From contig CAWILD010000012.1 in the NCBI GenBank assembly GCA_963836815.1, positions 473,812 to 537,811 on the forward strand: DNA of 64,000 nt. The letters run 5' to 3'. The stretch is from an uncultured Gemmatimonadales bacterium (GTDB lineage Bacteria > Gemmatimonadota > Gemmatimonadetes > Gemmatimonadales > GWC2-71-9). Below, piece after piece: positions 22,476 through 31,796 of the stretch. A model generated the notes under the pieces. That model saw only the letters and a list, made by a program, of their open reading frames with translations, was not told the DNA's origin and made no database searches. Numbering within the stretch: position 1 is the first letter of the stretch; the number at the start of each line of letters is the position of its first letter. The translations under genes were made by a program, and so were the position numbers.

Positions 22476-23619
22476 GAGTCAGGCACTCGATCGCGGCCCG
22501 GCCGTCGTCCGCGACATTGTAGAAGTAGGGAGAGACGCGCACGTGGCCCGGGCGCGCGTCAACCACGATCCGCTCGGCCGCGAGACGGCGGACGTCGCGA
22601 GCCGGATCGTCGCTGGGCAACATCACGATGCCGCTTCGCGCGGCCGGGTCGGGCGCGACCTTGGGCCGGAGCCCGGCGGCGCGCGCGGCCTCGATCAGAT
22701 CCTCGGTCAGCACCATGGTGCGGCGGCGGATTTCCTGGGGCCCCAGCTCTTCGATGACGTCGAGTCCGCCGAGCTGGGCGTAGACCGAAAGGATCGGAGG
22801 CGTTCCTGCCTCGAGGCGGCGCGCGTCGTCCTGCCAGACCATTTCCCTGGGGTCGAAGCGGAACTGATCGCGTTGGCCGAACCAGCCGGTGGCCCGTGGC
22901 GCGAGGGAAGGAAGCAGCTGCTCGCGGGCATAGAGGAATGCGATCCCGCTCCCGCCGAGCAGCCACTTGAGCCCGCCCGCGCAATAGAAGTCCACATCCA
23001 GGCCGGTAACGCCCACGGGGAGTTGCCCGGCCGCCTGGTACCCGTCCGCCAGGAGAAGGGCGCCCCGACGGTGAGCGATCGTCGCCAGGCCGGCGAGATC
23101 CTGGATCGCGCCGCTGATGAAATACACGTGGCTCGTCGCGACGATCGCGGTCCGGTCGTCTATGGCGCGCTCGAACGCCTCGAGCGGGACCGACACCCCA
23201 TCCGGACTCTCTACGATCTCGACTTCCGCCTCGCCTGCCTTCGCGAGCCACTGGTAGGTCACCGTGGGAAAGTCGAGGCTCGACACGACCACCTTCGGCC
23301 GACGACGATAGTCGAGCGACTCGGCCACGGCGGTGAGCGCACTGGAGATGTTCGGATGCAGCGCGATCGTCCCTTCCGGAGCGCCGATGACCCGGCCGTA
23401 GCGACCGCGCAGCTCGGCGAGCGCCGACCACCACACGTCGTACCATGCCGCCGCCCCTCGGGTCTCCCAGATATCGAGGCACTCGTTCACTCGCGCGCGG
23501 GACCGCCGCGACAGCGCTCCGAGCGAGCAGCTGTTGAGGTAGTTCGTATCCCGGAAAATCGGAAACTCGGCCCGGTAGTCGCGCGAGGGGGCCGACGCCG
23601 GGGCCGGGGCGAGAGTCAT
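22468..23619 (-). CDS. aminotransferase class V-fold PLP-dependent enzyme
   Basis: Intact 383-aa ORF. Pattern ..FPIF..TNYLNSCSLG.., ..VATSHV.F.SG.., ..DFYCAGGLKWL (Lys for PLP).. is typical of kynureninase/desulfurase-like class V enzymes. It overlaps the LOG start by 8 nt. Confidence 0.8.
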   Translation of the reverse strand: MTLAPAPASAPSRDYRAEFPIFRDTNYLNSCSLGALSRRSRARVNECLDIWETRGAAAWYDVWWSALAELRGRYGRVIGAPEGTIALHPNISSALTAVAESLDYRRRPKVVVSSLDFPTVTYQWLAKAGEAEVEIVESPDGVSVPLEAFERAIDDRTAIVATSHVYFISGAIQDLAGLATIAHRRGALLLADGYQAAGQLPVGVTGLDVDFYCAGGLKWLLGGSGIAFLYAREQLLPSLAPRATGWFGQRDQFRFDPREMVWQDDARRLEAGTPPILSVYAQLGGLDVIEELGPQEIRRRTMVLTEDLIEAARAAGLRPKVAPDPAARSGIVMLPSDDPARDVRRLAAERIVVDARPGHVRVSPYFYNVADDGRAAIECLTRD

Positions 23620-23681
23620 GGGGGGAGAATATAGAGGGCGGGGGCGCCACCAGCACCCTCCGCCGCATATATACTTCGCCC

Positions 23682-23942
23682 ATGTCCGCTACCTGGAGCT
23701 CGCTCATGGCCCGGCTCGCGGGCCGCGCCGCGGTGAATCCCCGGCTCGCGGTGGATCTGCTGCGCACGGCCTGGGCGTTCCGCCGGCGCGACTGGTGGAA
23801 GCGCGCGCCGTTCCTGCCCGTGCCGGATCGGACCTACCTGCGCTGGCGCATGTACACGGCCTACGCGGACGAGAACGCGGTGCCGCCGCCGGACGACGTC
23901 GTCCGCTTCGCGCGCTGGCGCCGGGAGACGATGGGCCTGTGA
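23682..23942 (+). CDS. hypothetical Arg/Trp-rich small protein
   Basis: 86-aa ORF with very high GC3. Its stop overlaps the ndh GTG start (GTGA). No recognisable motif. Confidence 0.55.
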   Translation: MSATWSSLMARLAGRAAVNPRLAVDLLRTAWAFRRRDWWKRAPFLPVPDRTYLRWRMYTAYADENAVPPPDDVVRFARWRRETMGL

Positions 23943-25249
23943 GCCAGCCTCCTCAGAACCGGACACCCCATGTGGTGATACTGGGAGGGGGGTTCGCCGG
24001 GCTCTACGCCGCCCGGCGCCTCAAGGATGCGGCGGTGCGTGTCACCATGGTGGACCGACGGAACCACCACCTGTTTCAGCCTATGCTGTACCAGGTCGCG
24101 ACCGCGGCGCTCAACCCCGCCGACATCGCTGCCCCCATCCGGTCGATACTTCGGAAGCAGAAGAACACGGAAGTGCTGCTGGCCGAGGCGACCGCGATAG
24201 ACGTGTCGGCCCGGCAGGTGCACCTCACCGATGGTGACCGCCTCACGTACGACTATCTGATCGTCGCGACCGGCGCGCGGCATTCCTACTTCGGGCACGA
24301 CGAGTGGGAGCCGATCGCCCCCGGGCTCAAGAGCCTTGGCGACGCATTGGAGATCCGCCGGCGCGTGCTCCTCGCATTCGAGCAGGCCGAGCGCGAGACC
24401 GACCCCGTGCGCCGGCACGCCTTTCTCACGTTCGTCATCGTGGGCGGTGGCCCGACCGGCGTGGAGATGGCCGGCGCGGTCGCGGAGATTCGGAGATACG
24501 CCCTGCGGCGCGACTTCCGGCACATCGACAGCCGCGAGGCGACCGTGCTGCTGCTCGAGGGCGGACCGCGTCTGCTTCCCTCGTATCCGCCCTCGCTGAG
24601 CGACGCGGCCAAGGCCCAGCTGCGGAAGCTCGGTGTCGAGGTTCGCACCCAGACCCTGGTGACCGACCTCCGTCCGGGTCAGGTGATCGCCGCAGGGTGG
24701 ACTATACCCGCCCGGACAGTGATCTGGGCCGCCGGCAACATGGCGAGCCCGCTGCTCAGGACACTGGGTGCACCGCTGGACAACGTCGGGCGCGCCATCG
24801 TGGAGCCGGATTGCACCATTCCCGGACATCCCGAAGTGTTCGTGCTCGGCGACGCCGCGGCGTTCACCCAGGACGGCGCGTTGCTCCCGGGCATTTGCCC
24901 CGTCGCCATCCAGATGGGGGAGTACACCGCCGGCGTGATCCAGGGAGACCTGTCCCACCGGCCTCGCCGCGCCTTCCGGTACTGGGACAAGGGCCAGCTT
25001 GCCGTGGTGGGGCGCGGCCAGGCGGTGGCCGACATCTGGAAGCTCCACTTCAGCGGCTTCTTCGCGTGGCTCACCTGGATCTTCGTGCACATCGCCTTCC
25101 TCATCGGCTTTCGAAACCGGGTGCTGGTGCTGATCCAGTGGGCCTGGTCCTATTTCACATTTGGCCGGGGGGCCCGGATCATTCAGGAGGAGGGTCGGCC
25201 GAGCGAGCCGGCAGTGCCTTCCATGGGGATCCGCGCCGCTTCGCCGTGA
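23939..25249 (+). CDS. ndh: type II NADH:quinone oxidoreductase (NDH-2)
   Basis: In ORF 23618..25249, GTG 23939 gives VSQPPQNRTPHVVILGGGFAGLYAA. Second dinucleotide fold VIVGGGPTGVE. C-terminal membrane-anchor helices. Confidence 0.9.
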   Translation: MSQPPQNRTPHVVILGGGFAGLYAARRLKDAAVRVTMVDRRNHHLFQPMLYQVATAALNPADIAAPIRSILRKQKNTEVLLAEATAIDVSARQVHLTDGDRLTYDYLIVATGARHSYFGHDEWEPIAPGLKSLGDALEIRRRVLLAFEQAERETDPVRRHAFLTFVIVGGGPTGVEMAGAVAEIRRYALRRDFRHIDSREATVLLLEGGPRLLPSYPPSLSDAAKAQLRKLGVEVRTQTLVTDLRPGQVIAAGWTIPARTVIWAAGNMASPLLRTLGAPLDNVGRAIVEPDCTIPGHPEVFVLGDAAAFTQDGALLPGICPVAIQMGEYTAGVIQGDLSHRPRRAFRYWDKGQLAVVGRGQAVADIWKLHFSGFFAWLTWIFVHIAFLIGFRNRVLVLIQWAWSYFTFGRGARIIQEEGRPSEPAVPSMGIRAASP

Positions 25250-26172
25250 CGCTCGCTGCTCGGCTGAAGGCCCGCGCGGCCGAGCTCGGGTTCCTGGCGT
25301 GTGGAATCACTGACCCCGGTCCTCCGCCCCACGGTGAGCGCCTCGAGGCGTGGTTGGCCAAGGGGTACGCTGGCACCATGCGCTACCTGCATCGGCAGGC
25401 GCGTCGGCGGAAGGACCCCAGGCTGATCGTTCCGGAAGCCCTCTCCGTAGTAGTAGTGTTGGACAACTACTATTCAGCCCAACCGAACCCCGACAGGCTT
25501 CCCAAGATCGCCAGGTACGCCCTAGGCGAGGATTATCATAGAGTTACCACAGCTCGCCTCGAACAGCTAGCTGCCTTCCTGCGGGAGTCCGGCGCCGGAG
25601 TCGCACGGTTCTACGCCGACGCCGGGCCCGTGCCGGAGCGGGAGCTGGCCCAGCGCGCCGGACTCGGATGGATCGGCAAGAACACGATGCTCATCAGGCC
25701 CGGTGCGGGGTCGTTCTTCTTCATCGGCTCGATCTTCACCGACCTCGCGATCGAGCCCGACCCGCCGTTCACAACGGATCACTGCGGCACCTGCACCCGC
25801 TGTCTCGAAGCCTGCCCCACCGGCGCATTCGTCGAGCCGCGAGTGCTCGACGCCACGCGATGCATCTCCTACCTCACCATCGAGCACAAGGGACCGATCC
25901 CCGAGCCGCTCGCGTCCCGACTCGACGGCTGGGTGTTCGGCTGCGACATCTGCAACGAAGTGTGCCCCTGGAACCAGCGGTTCGCCGCGCCGGGCACTGT
26001 CGAGGCGTTTCGTTCCCGGGAAGCGCTGGCAGAAGCCGATGCAGACTTTTTCGAGCGGATGGATCAGGCCGAGTTCGACCGCCGGTTTGGAGACACGCCG
26101 TTGGAACGACCGGGGCTCGAGGGGATGCGGCGCAATTTCCGCTCGGCGTTCGGAGGAAGGGATGACGATTGA
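25246..26172 (+). CDS. queG: epoxyqueuosine reductase
   Basis: Tail of ORF 24304..26172. GTG 25246 overlaps the ndh stop. Motifs GLGWIGKNT, CGTCTRCLEACP and GCDICNEVCPWN. Confidence 0.9.
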   Translation: MTLAARLKARAAELGFLACGITDPGPPPHGERLEAWLAKGYAGTMRYLHRQARRRKDPRLIVPEALSVVVVLDNYYSAQPNPDRLPKIARYALGEDYHRVTTARLEQLAAFLRESGAGVARFYADAGPVPERELAQRAGLGWIGKNTMLIRPGAGSFFFIGSIFTDLAIEPDPPFTTDHCGTCTRCLEACPTGAFVEPRVLDATRCISYLTIEHKGPIPEPLASRLDGWVFGCDICNEVCPWNQRFAAPGTVEAFRSREALAEADADFFERMDQAEFDRRFGDTPLERPGLEGMRRNFRSAFGGRDDD

Positions 26173-26638
26173 TGGCGGCGAGCGGGACCATTTCGGCAGG
26201 CTCTTGCGCTACGATGCGTGGGCCAACGCCGAGGCCGTCGCGTCCGTGCGCCGGACGCCGTCCCCGCAGGGCCTCCGCTGGATGGCCCACATCGTCGGCG
26301 CGGAGTTCCTCTGGCTCGACCGGCTGACCGGCAGCCCGTCACCGCTCGAGGTCTGGCCCGAGCTCGATGCGGATGCCTGTGCGACTCGCGTCGAGGAGCT
26401 GGCCCGTACCTGGCCCGACTATCTCTCCCGCCTGGGCTCGGCAGGCCTCTCGGGCGGCGTCGCCTATCGCAACAGCAAGGGTGAGCTCTGGACCAGTACG
26501 GTAGCCGATATTCTCACCCATGTCGTGATCCATTCCGGCTATCACCGTGGGCAGATCGCCGCGGCGGTGCGGGAGGCCGGGGGCGTGCCGGCCTACACCG
26601 ATTTCATCCACGCCACGCGACAGGGGTTGGTCGAATGA
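26162..26638 (+). CDS. DinB-family protein
   Basis: Tail of ORF 25703..26638 from ATG 26162. Four-helix DinB pattern with HIVGAEFLW and HVVIHSGYHRGQI. Confidence 0.8.
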   Translation: MTIDGGERDHFGRLLRYDAWANAEAVASVRRTPSPQGLRWMAHIVGAEFLWLDRLTGSPSPLEVWPELDADACATRVEELARTWPDYLSRLGSAGLSGGVAYRNSKGELWTSTVADILTHVVIHSGYHRGQIAAAVREAGGVPAYTDFIHATRQGLVE

Positions 26639-26856
26639 GCACTTCCTCGCCCGGAGCGCTGCTCGTCGCGGTCGGCGTCGTGCTGATCCTCATCGGGCTC
26701 CTGTTGTGGTCCGGCAGCCTCGCCTGGTTTGGCCGGCTGCCCGGCGATATCCGCATCGAGCGCGAGTCCGTGCACATCTATGTGCCGATCGTCTCGATGC
26801 TGGTCGTTTCGGTCGTCCTCAGCCTGCTGCTCTATATGGTGAGGCGGTTCCTCTAG
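26635..26856 (+). CDS. DUF2905 small membrane protein
   Basis: 73-aa ORF overlapping the dinB stop (ATGA). The core motif GRLPGDIRIERESVHIYVPI is flanked by two TM helices. Confidence 0.75.
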   Translation: MSTSSPGALLVAVGVVLILIGLLLWSGSLAWFGRLPGDIRIERESVHIYVPIVSMLVVSVVLSLLLYMVRRFL

Positions 26857-26937
26857 CGCTGGAACCTGGGCCGGCGCGTTCACGTCCGGAGTAGCATGCG
26901 TGGCCCGGGGGACCATCCAAGTGAGTAGCTTTGGGGC

Positions 26938-27444
26938 ATGGAACGCTCCGTCTCCACCCTTCCGCTCGTTCCCGAGGTCAACACCCTCGACCCTCGCCGC
27001 GTCGAGCGACTGCGCCGCCTGGGTGAGCTCCTCGACAATTCGATCCCGGTCCCCGGAACCGGCTTCCGGTTCGGGATCGATACCATCATCGGGCTCGTGC
27101 CCGGGGTGGGGGATCTCATCGGCGGCGCCCTTTCGGCCTACATCATCCTGGAGTCCGCACGCCTCGGCGTGCCCCGGGCGCTGCTCGCGCGAATGGGCTA
27201 CAACGTTCTCGTGGACGTCGCAGTCGGGACCATTCCGGTCCTGGGTGATCTGTTCGACGCGGGCTACAAGGCAAACTTGCGGAATCTCGCGTTGCTCCGA
27301 GGCCACGTCGAGCAGCCCGCGACGGCGCGCCGCGCCGGCCGCCGATTCGTCATCCTGCTCACGCTCGGGATCCTCGTCCTCGTCGCCGCCGCGGCAGCGG
27401 CCGGCGTCCTCCTCGTGCATCTCCTCAGCAGGCCGGTCCTGTGA
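26938..27444 (+). CDS. DUF4112 membrane protein
   Basis: 168-aa ORF. Motifs GIDTIIGLVPGVGDLIGG and IPVLGDLFDAGYKANLRN. Confidence 0.75.
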   Translation: MERSVSTLPLVPEVNTLDPRRVERLRRLGELLDNSIPVPGTGFRFGIDTIIGLVPGVGDLIGGALSAYIILESARLGVPRALLARMGYNVLVDVAVGTIPVLGDLFDAGYKANLRNLALLRGHVEQPATARRAGRRFVILLTLGILVLVAAAAAAGVLLVHLLSRPVL

Positions 27445-27860
27445 GCACGCGCACGTCTTCGGCATCGCTCTACGGCGTCGCCATCTTCGTCAACGACATC
27501 GAGAAGGCGGTCGAATTCTACCAGGACCGGCTGGCGCTGCCGCTGACGAAGCGCGGGTCCTTCGGCGCGGAGTTTCTCGATGGGCCCACCCACATAGGCG
27601 TGCATCCGGCCGTGCATCCCGATGCCAAGAAGCTGGTGGGCCGGCATACCGGCATCACGCTCTTCGTCCCGGACCTGCTCCACTACTGCGGCGAGCTGCA
27701 CGAGCGCGGGGTTCGGTTCGTCACCGAGCCCACCCAGCAGGCGTGGGGCATCATGGCGATGGTCGCCGATCCCGATGGCAATGTCATCGCGCTCTGGGAG
27801 GACCGCCTTCCGGAGGGAGCGGACCACGGAGCCGTGAGTCAGGCGGACGGGGCGGAGTAG
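27441..27860 (+). CDS. VOC/glyoxalase-family protein
   Basis: 139-aa ORF overlapping the previous stop. Glyoxalase-like beta-alpha-beta-beta-beta pattern (YGVAIFVNDIEKAVEFY..G..; ..DPDGNVIALWE). Confidence 0.8.
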   Translation: MSTRTSSASLYGVAIFVNDIEKAVEFYQDRLALPLTKRGSFGAEFLDGPTHIGVHPAVHPDAKKLVGRHTGITLFVPDLLHYCGELHERGVRFVTEPTQQAWGIMAMVADPDGNVIALWEDRLPEGADHGAVSQADGAE

Positions 27861-27884
27861 CGCTGCTTCCGACAGCGATCATTC

Positions 27885-27952
27885 TGTCACCCTGAGCGAA
27901 GCGAAGGGGGCATGCCTTTGGGTATGTCCCCTTCGCTTCGCTCAGGGTGACA
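27885..27952. repeat. REP-like palindromic element, copy 2
   Basis: Arms TGTCACCCTGAGCGAAGCGAAGGGGGCAT and ATGTCCCCTTCGCTTCGCTCAGGGTGACA (28/29 complementary) with loop GCCTTTGGGT. About 90% identical to 3763..3830. Confidence 0.85.
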
Positions 27953-27985
27953 ATCCGTTTCATGCCTTCCCAGGAGTGACAGTTC

Positions 27986-28942
27986 ATGAGCGCATCAGCG
28001 GTCGTCCTCGCCGCCCTGCTTGCGGCCGCACCCGACACCGGCTTCGTGTCGGGTCCCGATGGAGTGAAGCTCTACTACGAGCGGATCGGCAGCGGAGCGA
28101 AGACACTCATCGTCCCCGGCCGGTTGTTCCTCGCGCGCGACCTGGCCCCGCTGGCGAGTCGCCACACGGTCATCCTGTATGACATGCGGAACCGCGGCCG
28201 GTCGTCGCGGGTGGAGGACGGAGCGCTCCTGACGATTCAGAAGGACGTCGAAGACCTCGAGGCGGTCCGACGCCACTTCAAGGTCGAGAAGTTCGTCCCG
28301 GTGGGCTATTCCTATCTCGGCTTCATGGTGGTGCTCTACGCCATGGCACACGAAAACCGGGTCGAGCGTCTCGTACAGCTCGGCCCCGTCCCACGCAAGT
28401 TCGGAACGGAGTACCCCGCGAGCCTACAGCACCGCGACTCGGTTCCCGTCGTCGACCCCACGCTGGCGGCGCGCCTCGATTCGCTGAGCAAGACCGGCTG
28501 GGCCAAGGACCACCAGAAGGAGCTCTGCGAGGAGGAGCGGCAGGCGTTCTCTGCGCGGCTGGTCGGCGATCCAAGCCATGCTTCCCGGCTCATGAACCCG
28601 TGCGACATGCCCAACGAGTGGCCCGCGAGTCTGGAGCGGCACTTCGAGTATCACTTTGGTGCCGTCCAGAAGCTCGACGTGCCTCGGGAAGCAGTCACCG
28701 CCGTGCGCGTCCCCGTACTCACCGTTCACGGCACATGGGATCGAAATGCGCCCTACGCGGCGGGCCGCGAGTGGGCCATGACGCTTCCCAATGCCCGCCT
28801 GCTGACCGTCGAAGGAGCCGCCCACCAGGTCACGGCCGACGCGCCGGACATCGTGATCCCGGCGATCGAGACCTTCGTGGACGGAAAGTGGCCGGCGAAC
28901 GCCGAGCAGGTCAGAGCGCTCGAGCGCAGCGCGATGCGGTGA
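27986..28942 (+). CDS. alpha/beta-fold hydrolase (secreted?)
   Basis: 318-aa ORF with a signal-like N-terminus. Pattern HTVILYDMRNRGRS, nucleophile elbow-like VGYSYLG, C-terminal GAAHQV. Confidence 0.75.
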   Translation: MSASAVVLAALLAAAPDTGFVSGPDGVKLYYERIGSGAKTLIVPGRLFLARDLAPLASRHTVILYDMRNRGRSSRVEDGALLTIQKDVEDLEAVRRHFKVEKFVPVGYSYLGFMVVLYAMAHENRVERLVQLGPVPRKFGTEYPASLQHRDSVPVVDPTLAARLDSLSKTGWAKDHQKELCEEERQAFSARLVGDPSHASRLMNPCDMPNEWPASLERHFEYHFGAVQKLDVPREAVTAVRVPVLTVHGTWDRNAPYAAGREWAMTLPNARLLTVEGAAHQVTADAPDIVIPAIETFVDGKWPANAEQVRALERSAMR

Positions 28943-29378
28943 GCGAGCGGGCGCCGGGGGCGCCACGGAAGGCATCCTCGACAATCTGTCCCTGCTGCTC
29001 CATGCCGTACGCCTCGAACGGTTTCCCGTCCTCCAGCCGATAGGCGTAGGGGCTCTGTCCCACCCCTAGCCCTCGGTGGATCAGCTCCCGGCACTGTGCG
29101 GCGATACCCCGGCGGAAATAGCGCCACGGTCCCCAGGCCTGGTACTGGGCACAGTGCGTGAGCTCGTGGGCCAGCACCGCCACGTCGCCTTCGCAGCGCG
29201 ATGGCAGGAACACGTGGTTGCCGAGCGCCACGGCACGTCCACGGCTCAGCCGCAGGACCAGGTTGCGCAGAAGCTTCCCCCTCCCCGAGCAGCCGATGCG
29301 GTAGATCCGCACCCGGCCCAGATCCAAAGGAAGAGGCAGAGCTTCGAGGCGCTGCCGTTCCGTGGCCTTCAGCGTCAC
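28911..29378 (-). CDS. DUF4157-like zincin metallopeptidase-motif protein
   Basis: Tail of ORF 28911..30164(-). GTG 29378 overlaps the AI-2E stop (GTGA). ..AVALGNHVFLP..VLAHELTHCAQYQ carries HExxH in DUF4157 context. The 3' end overlaps the convergent hydrolase gene by 32 nt. Confidence 0.6.
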   Translation of the reverse strand: MTLKATERQRLEALPLPLDLGRVRIYRIGCSGRGKLLRNLVLRLSRGRAVALGNHVFLPSRCEGDVAVLAHELTHCAQYQAWGPWRYFRRGIAAQCRELIHRGLGVGQSPYAYRLEDGKPFEAYGMEQQGQIVEDAFRGAPGARSLTASRCARAL

Positions 29379-30550
29379 GTCCCCAGAAACTCCCCGATCG
29401 GCGCCAGCGACTCGATGTGGTCGCACATGATCTTGAGAGCCGCCATGATGGGTACCGCCAGGATGGCTCCCGGAATACCCCACAGGAACCACCAGAAGAC
29501 GAGGCCGATGAAGAGGGCCACCGTATTGAGCCGCATCTTGCTGCCCAGGATCATGGGGGTGACGAGGTTCCCCTCGATGATGTTGATCGCGAGGAATGCC
29601 GCCGGAACCATGAGCGCATCGGTCGTGCTCTCGAACGCGAGCAGGGCCGCCAGGCCCAGAATCACCATGTTCACCACGGCGCCGATGTAGGGCACGAAGT
29701 TGAGCACGGCCGCCACCACGCCCCAGAGCACGGCATTCGGCATGTCGAGCAGCCACAGCGCCAGCGCCGTCACCACACCCACGCCGATGTTCACGAACGT
29801 CGAAGTGAGCAGGTATGCCGAGATCTGCGCCTCGGTCTCCCGCGCGATGGCCACGGCCTTCTTCTTGTCGTTGAACTGCGGAAGGACGGTCACCAGCTTC
29901 TGGAGAAAGAGGTCGCCGACGGCGAGGAGGAAGTAGGTCAGGAAGACCACGATGGTCACCGTGCCCAGGAACGCCGCGGTGCCGCCGAAGAGCTGGGTGC
30001 TCAGACTCGGCCCCTTGATCTCGACCTGCGGCGTGCGCTCGGTCTCGACCTCCGTGGCGGCCTCCATCTTCTCGGCGGCTTTGGTGACTTGATCCATCGG
30101 ACCGCGAACCGTCTTGAGCTTCCGCTCGACCGTTTCGATGCTCTCCGGCGCCCGCGAGAGCCACTGGGAGGCCGGGCCGGAGAGATACCAGACCCCTGTG
30201 GCGAGAATTCCGAGCAATGCCAGCATGACGAAGCCGGCGCCTACGGGCTCCGGGAGCCCCACCTTGCGGAGGGTCCGGACCACGGGGCTGAGCAGGAAGT
30301 CGAGAAAGACGGCGAGCACGATCGGCAGGAAGAAGCCCTGCGCGAAGTGCAGCGTGTAGAGCGCGGCGAGGATGAACAGGCCGACCAGCGAGACGTGGCG
30401 CACGTCCGCGTTCTCGCCGAAGAGGCTCGCGAGAAGGCGGGCATCGGGCTCGGCACCGCCCGGTTCCGCCTGCGGCGCCAGCGCTTCCGGGGAGACGTCG
30501 GGCGTGAGCACGGACCCGTCGTCCGGCTGGATCGTCGGTGTCGTAGTCAT
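29375..30550 (-). CDS. AI-2E family (PerM/YhhT-like) transporter
   Basis: Intact 391-aa ORF with about 8 TM helices. The conserved C-terminal block NFVPYIG..IEGNLVTPMILG..L..V..L is present. Confidence 0.85.
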   Translation of the reverse strand: MTTTPTIQPDDGSVLTPDVSPEALAPQAEPGGAEPDARLLASLFGENADVRHVSLVGLFILAALYTLHFAQGFFLPIVLAVFLDFLLSPVVRTLRKVGLPEPVGAGFVMLALLGILATGVWYLSGPASQWLSRAPESIETVERKLKTVRGPMDQVTKAAEKMEAATEVETERTPQVEIKGPSLSTQLFGGTAAFLGTVTIVVFLTYFLLAVGDLFLQKLVTVLPQFNDKKKAVAIARETEAQISAYLLTSTFVNIGVGVVTALALWLLDMPNAVLWGVVAAVLNFVPYIGAVVNMVILGLAALLAFESTTDALMVPAAFLAINIIEGNLVTPMILGSKMRLNTVALFIGLVFWWFLWGIPGAILAVPIMAALKIMCDHIESLAPIGEFLGT

Positions 30551-30672
30551 GGATGCTCGTGGAAGAAGCCGGCCCCTTGTCCCACCCGGTCGCCTCGCAC
30601 TAAGGTTACCCGGCCTTGCGCCCGGTGTCTGTGCGCCAGCACACGGGGTCTCCTTCAGTCGCGTCGAGGAGC

Positions 30673-31422
30673 ATGTCGCGTATCTGGCAGTCGGTAGTCT
30701 CGCTCTGGACCTGGCTGGTCCTGGTCCTGTGCATCATCCTCTGGCTTCCGCTCATGTTCGTCGTCCGCCTCGTGACGGCGCCGTTCGATCGGGGCCGCTA
30801 CGCGGTGGGCTATCTGTTCCGGCACATCGCGCGGGTCACCGCCACGCTCAATCCGCTTTGGAGGTTCCGCACCGCGGGCAGAATGCCGGCGGACCCCCGG
30901 CGACCCTACGTGGTCGTCTCCAACCACGAATCGTTCGTGGACATCCTGCTGATCAGCCATCTGCCCTGGGAGATGAAGTGGCTCTCCAAGGCCGAGCTCT
31001 TTCGCGTGCCGATCATGGGGTGGCTGATGCAGCTCGCCGGCGATGTCCCGGTGAAGCGAGGCTTCGGGCCGAGCGCGGTGGAGGCGATGAACCGATGCCG
31101 CGAGGTGCTCGCGAACAAGGTGTCGGTGATGATTTTCCCCGAGGGCACGCGGTCCACCACCTCGGAGCTGCTGCCCTTCAAGGATGGCGCGTTCCGGCTC
31201 GCGATCGACGCCGGCGTGCCGATCCTGCCGCTCGCCGTGCACGGGACGAAGACGGCCCTGCGCAAACACGATTGGCGGTTCGCGCGCTCCCGCGCCACCG
31301 TTCGCGTGCTCGAGCCCGTCGAGACGACCGGCCTCACCCCGGCCGAGATTCCTGCCCTCAAGGCCCGGGTGCGCGACATGATCGTCGCCGCCCGGGACGA
31401 GCTCGCCGTCGAGCTGCGGTGA
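30673..31422 (+). CDS. 1-acyl-sn-glycerol-3-phosphate acyltransferase (PlsC-like)
   Basis: ORF 30616..31422, probable ATG 30673. N-terminal TM helix, HX4D motif NHESFVD, FPEGTRS block. Confidence 0.85.
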   Translation: MSRIWQSVVSLWTWLVLVLCIILWLPLMFVVRLVTAPFDRGRYAVGYLFRHIARVTATLNPLWRFRTAGRMPADPRRPYVVVSNHESFVDILLISHLPWEMKWLSKAELFRVPIMGWLMQLAGDVPVKRGFGPSAVEAMNRCREVLANKVSVMIFPEGTRSTTSELLPFKDGAFRLAIDAGVPILPLAVHGTKTALRKHDWRFARSRATVRVLEPVETTGLTPAEIPALKARVRDMIVAARDELAVELR

Positions 31423-31424
31423 GA

Positions 31425-31796
31425 ATGTCGCGGCGGCTCGGGCCGGTCTTCCTGCCGCTGGTCCTCGCCTGCAGTGAGCGCGCCCCGCGAGTCGAGTTCG
31501 ACCCGGGACCGGTGCCCGCGGAGCACGCGGCAGCGGAGCAGTTGTTCAACGCCAACTGCGCCCGCTGTCATGGCGGGCTCGCGGCCGGGACCGACGTCGG
31601 CCCCCCGCTGGTGCACATCTACTACGAGCCGAACCACCACGCGGACATCGCCTTTCAACGCGCCGTCGCGCTCGGAGTGCGGCCCCATCATTGGAGCTAC
31701 GGGCCCATGCCCCCCGTGGCCGGACTCGGTGAGGACGACGTCACCCGCATCACGGCCTACGTCCGGTGGCTGCAGCGCCAGGCCGGGATCTACTAG
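31425..31796 (+). CDS. c-type cytochrome (monohaem), probable lipoprotein
   Basis: Tail of ORF 30372..31796 from ATG 31425. MSRRLGPVFLPLVLAC lipobox, haem motif CARCH, distal MPP. Confidence 0.75.
   Translation: MSRRLGPVFLPLVLACSERAPRVEFDPGPVPAEHAAAEQLFNANCARCHGGLAAGTDVGPPLVHIYYEPNHHADIAFQRAVALGVRPHHWSYGPMPPVAGLGEDDVTRITAYVRWLQRQAGIY

Noticed and set aside
25440-25560. Patches of atypically AT-rich codons inside queG (gta gta gta gtg ttg gac aac tac tat tca ..) and mnmG (about 41650-41720). I considered these as inserted or foreign DNA or a hidden antisense element.
   Set aside because: The reading frames and conserved family motifs run straight through both patches (for example GITTKRFKTGTPPR in MnmG). 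Short local dips in GC3 are within normal variation.
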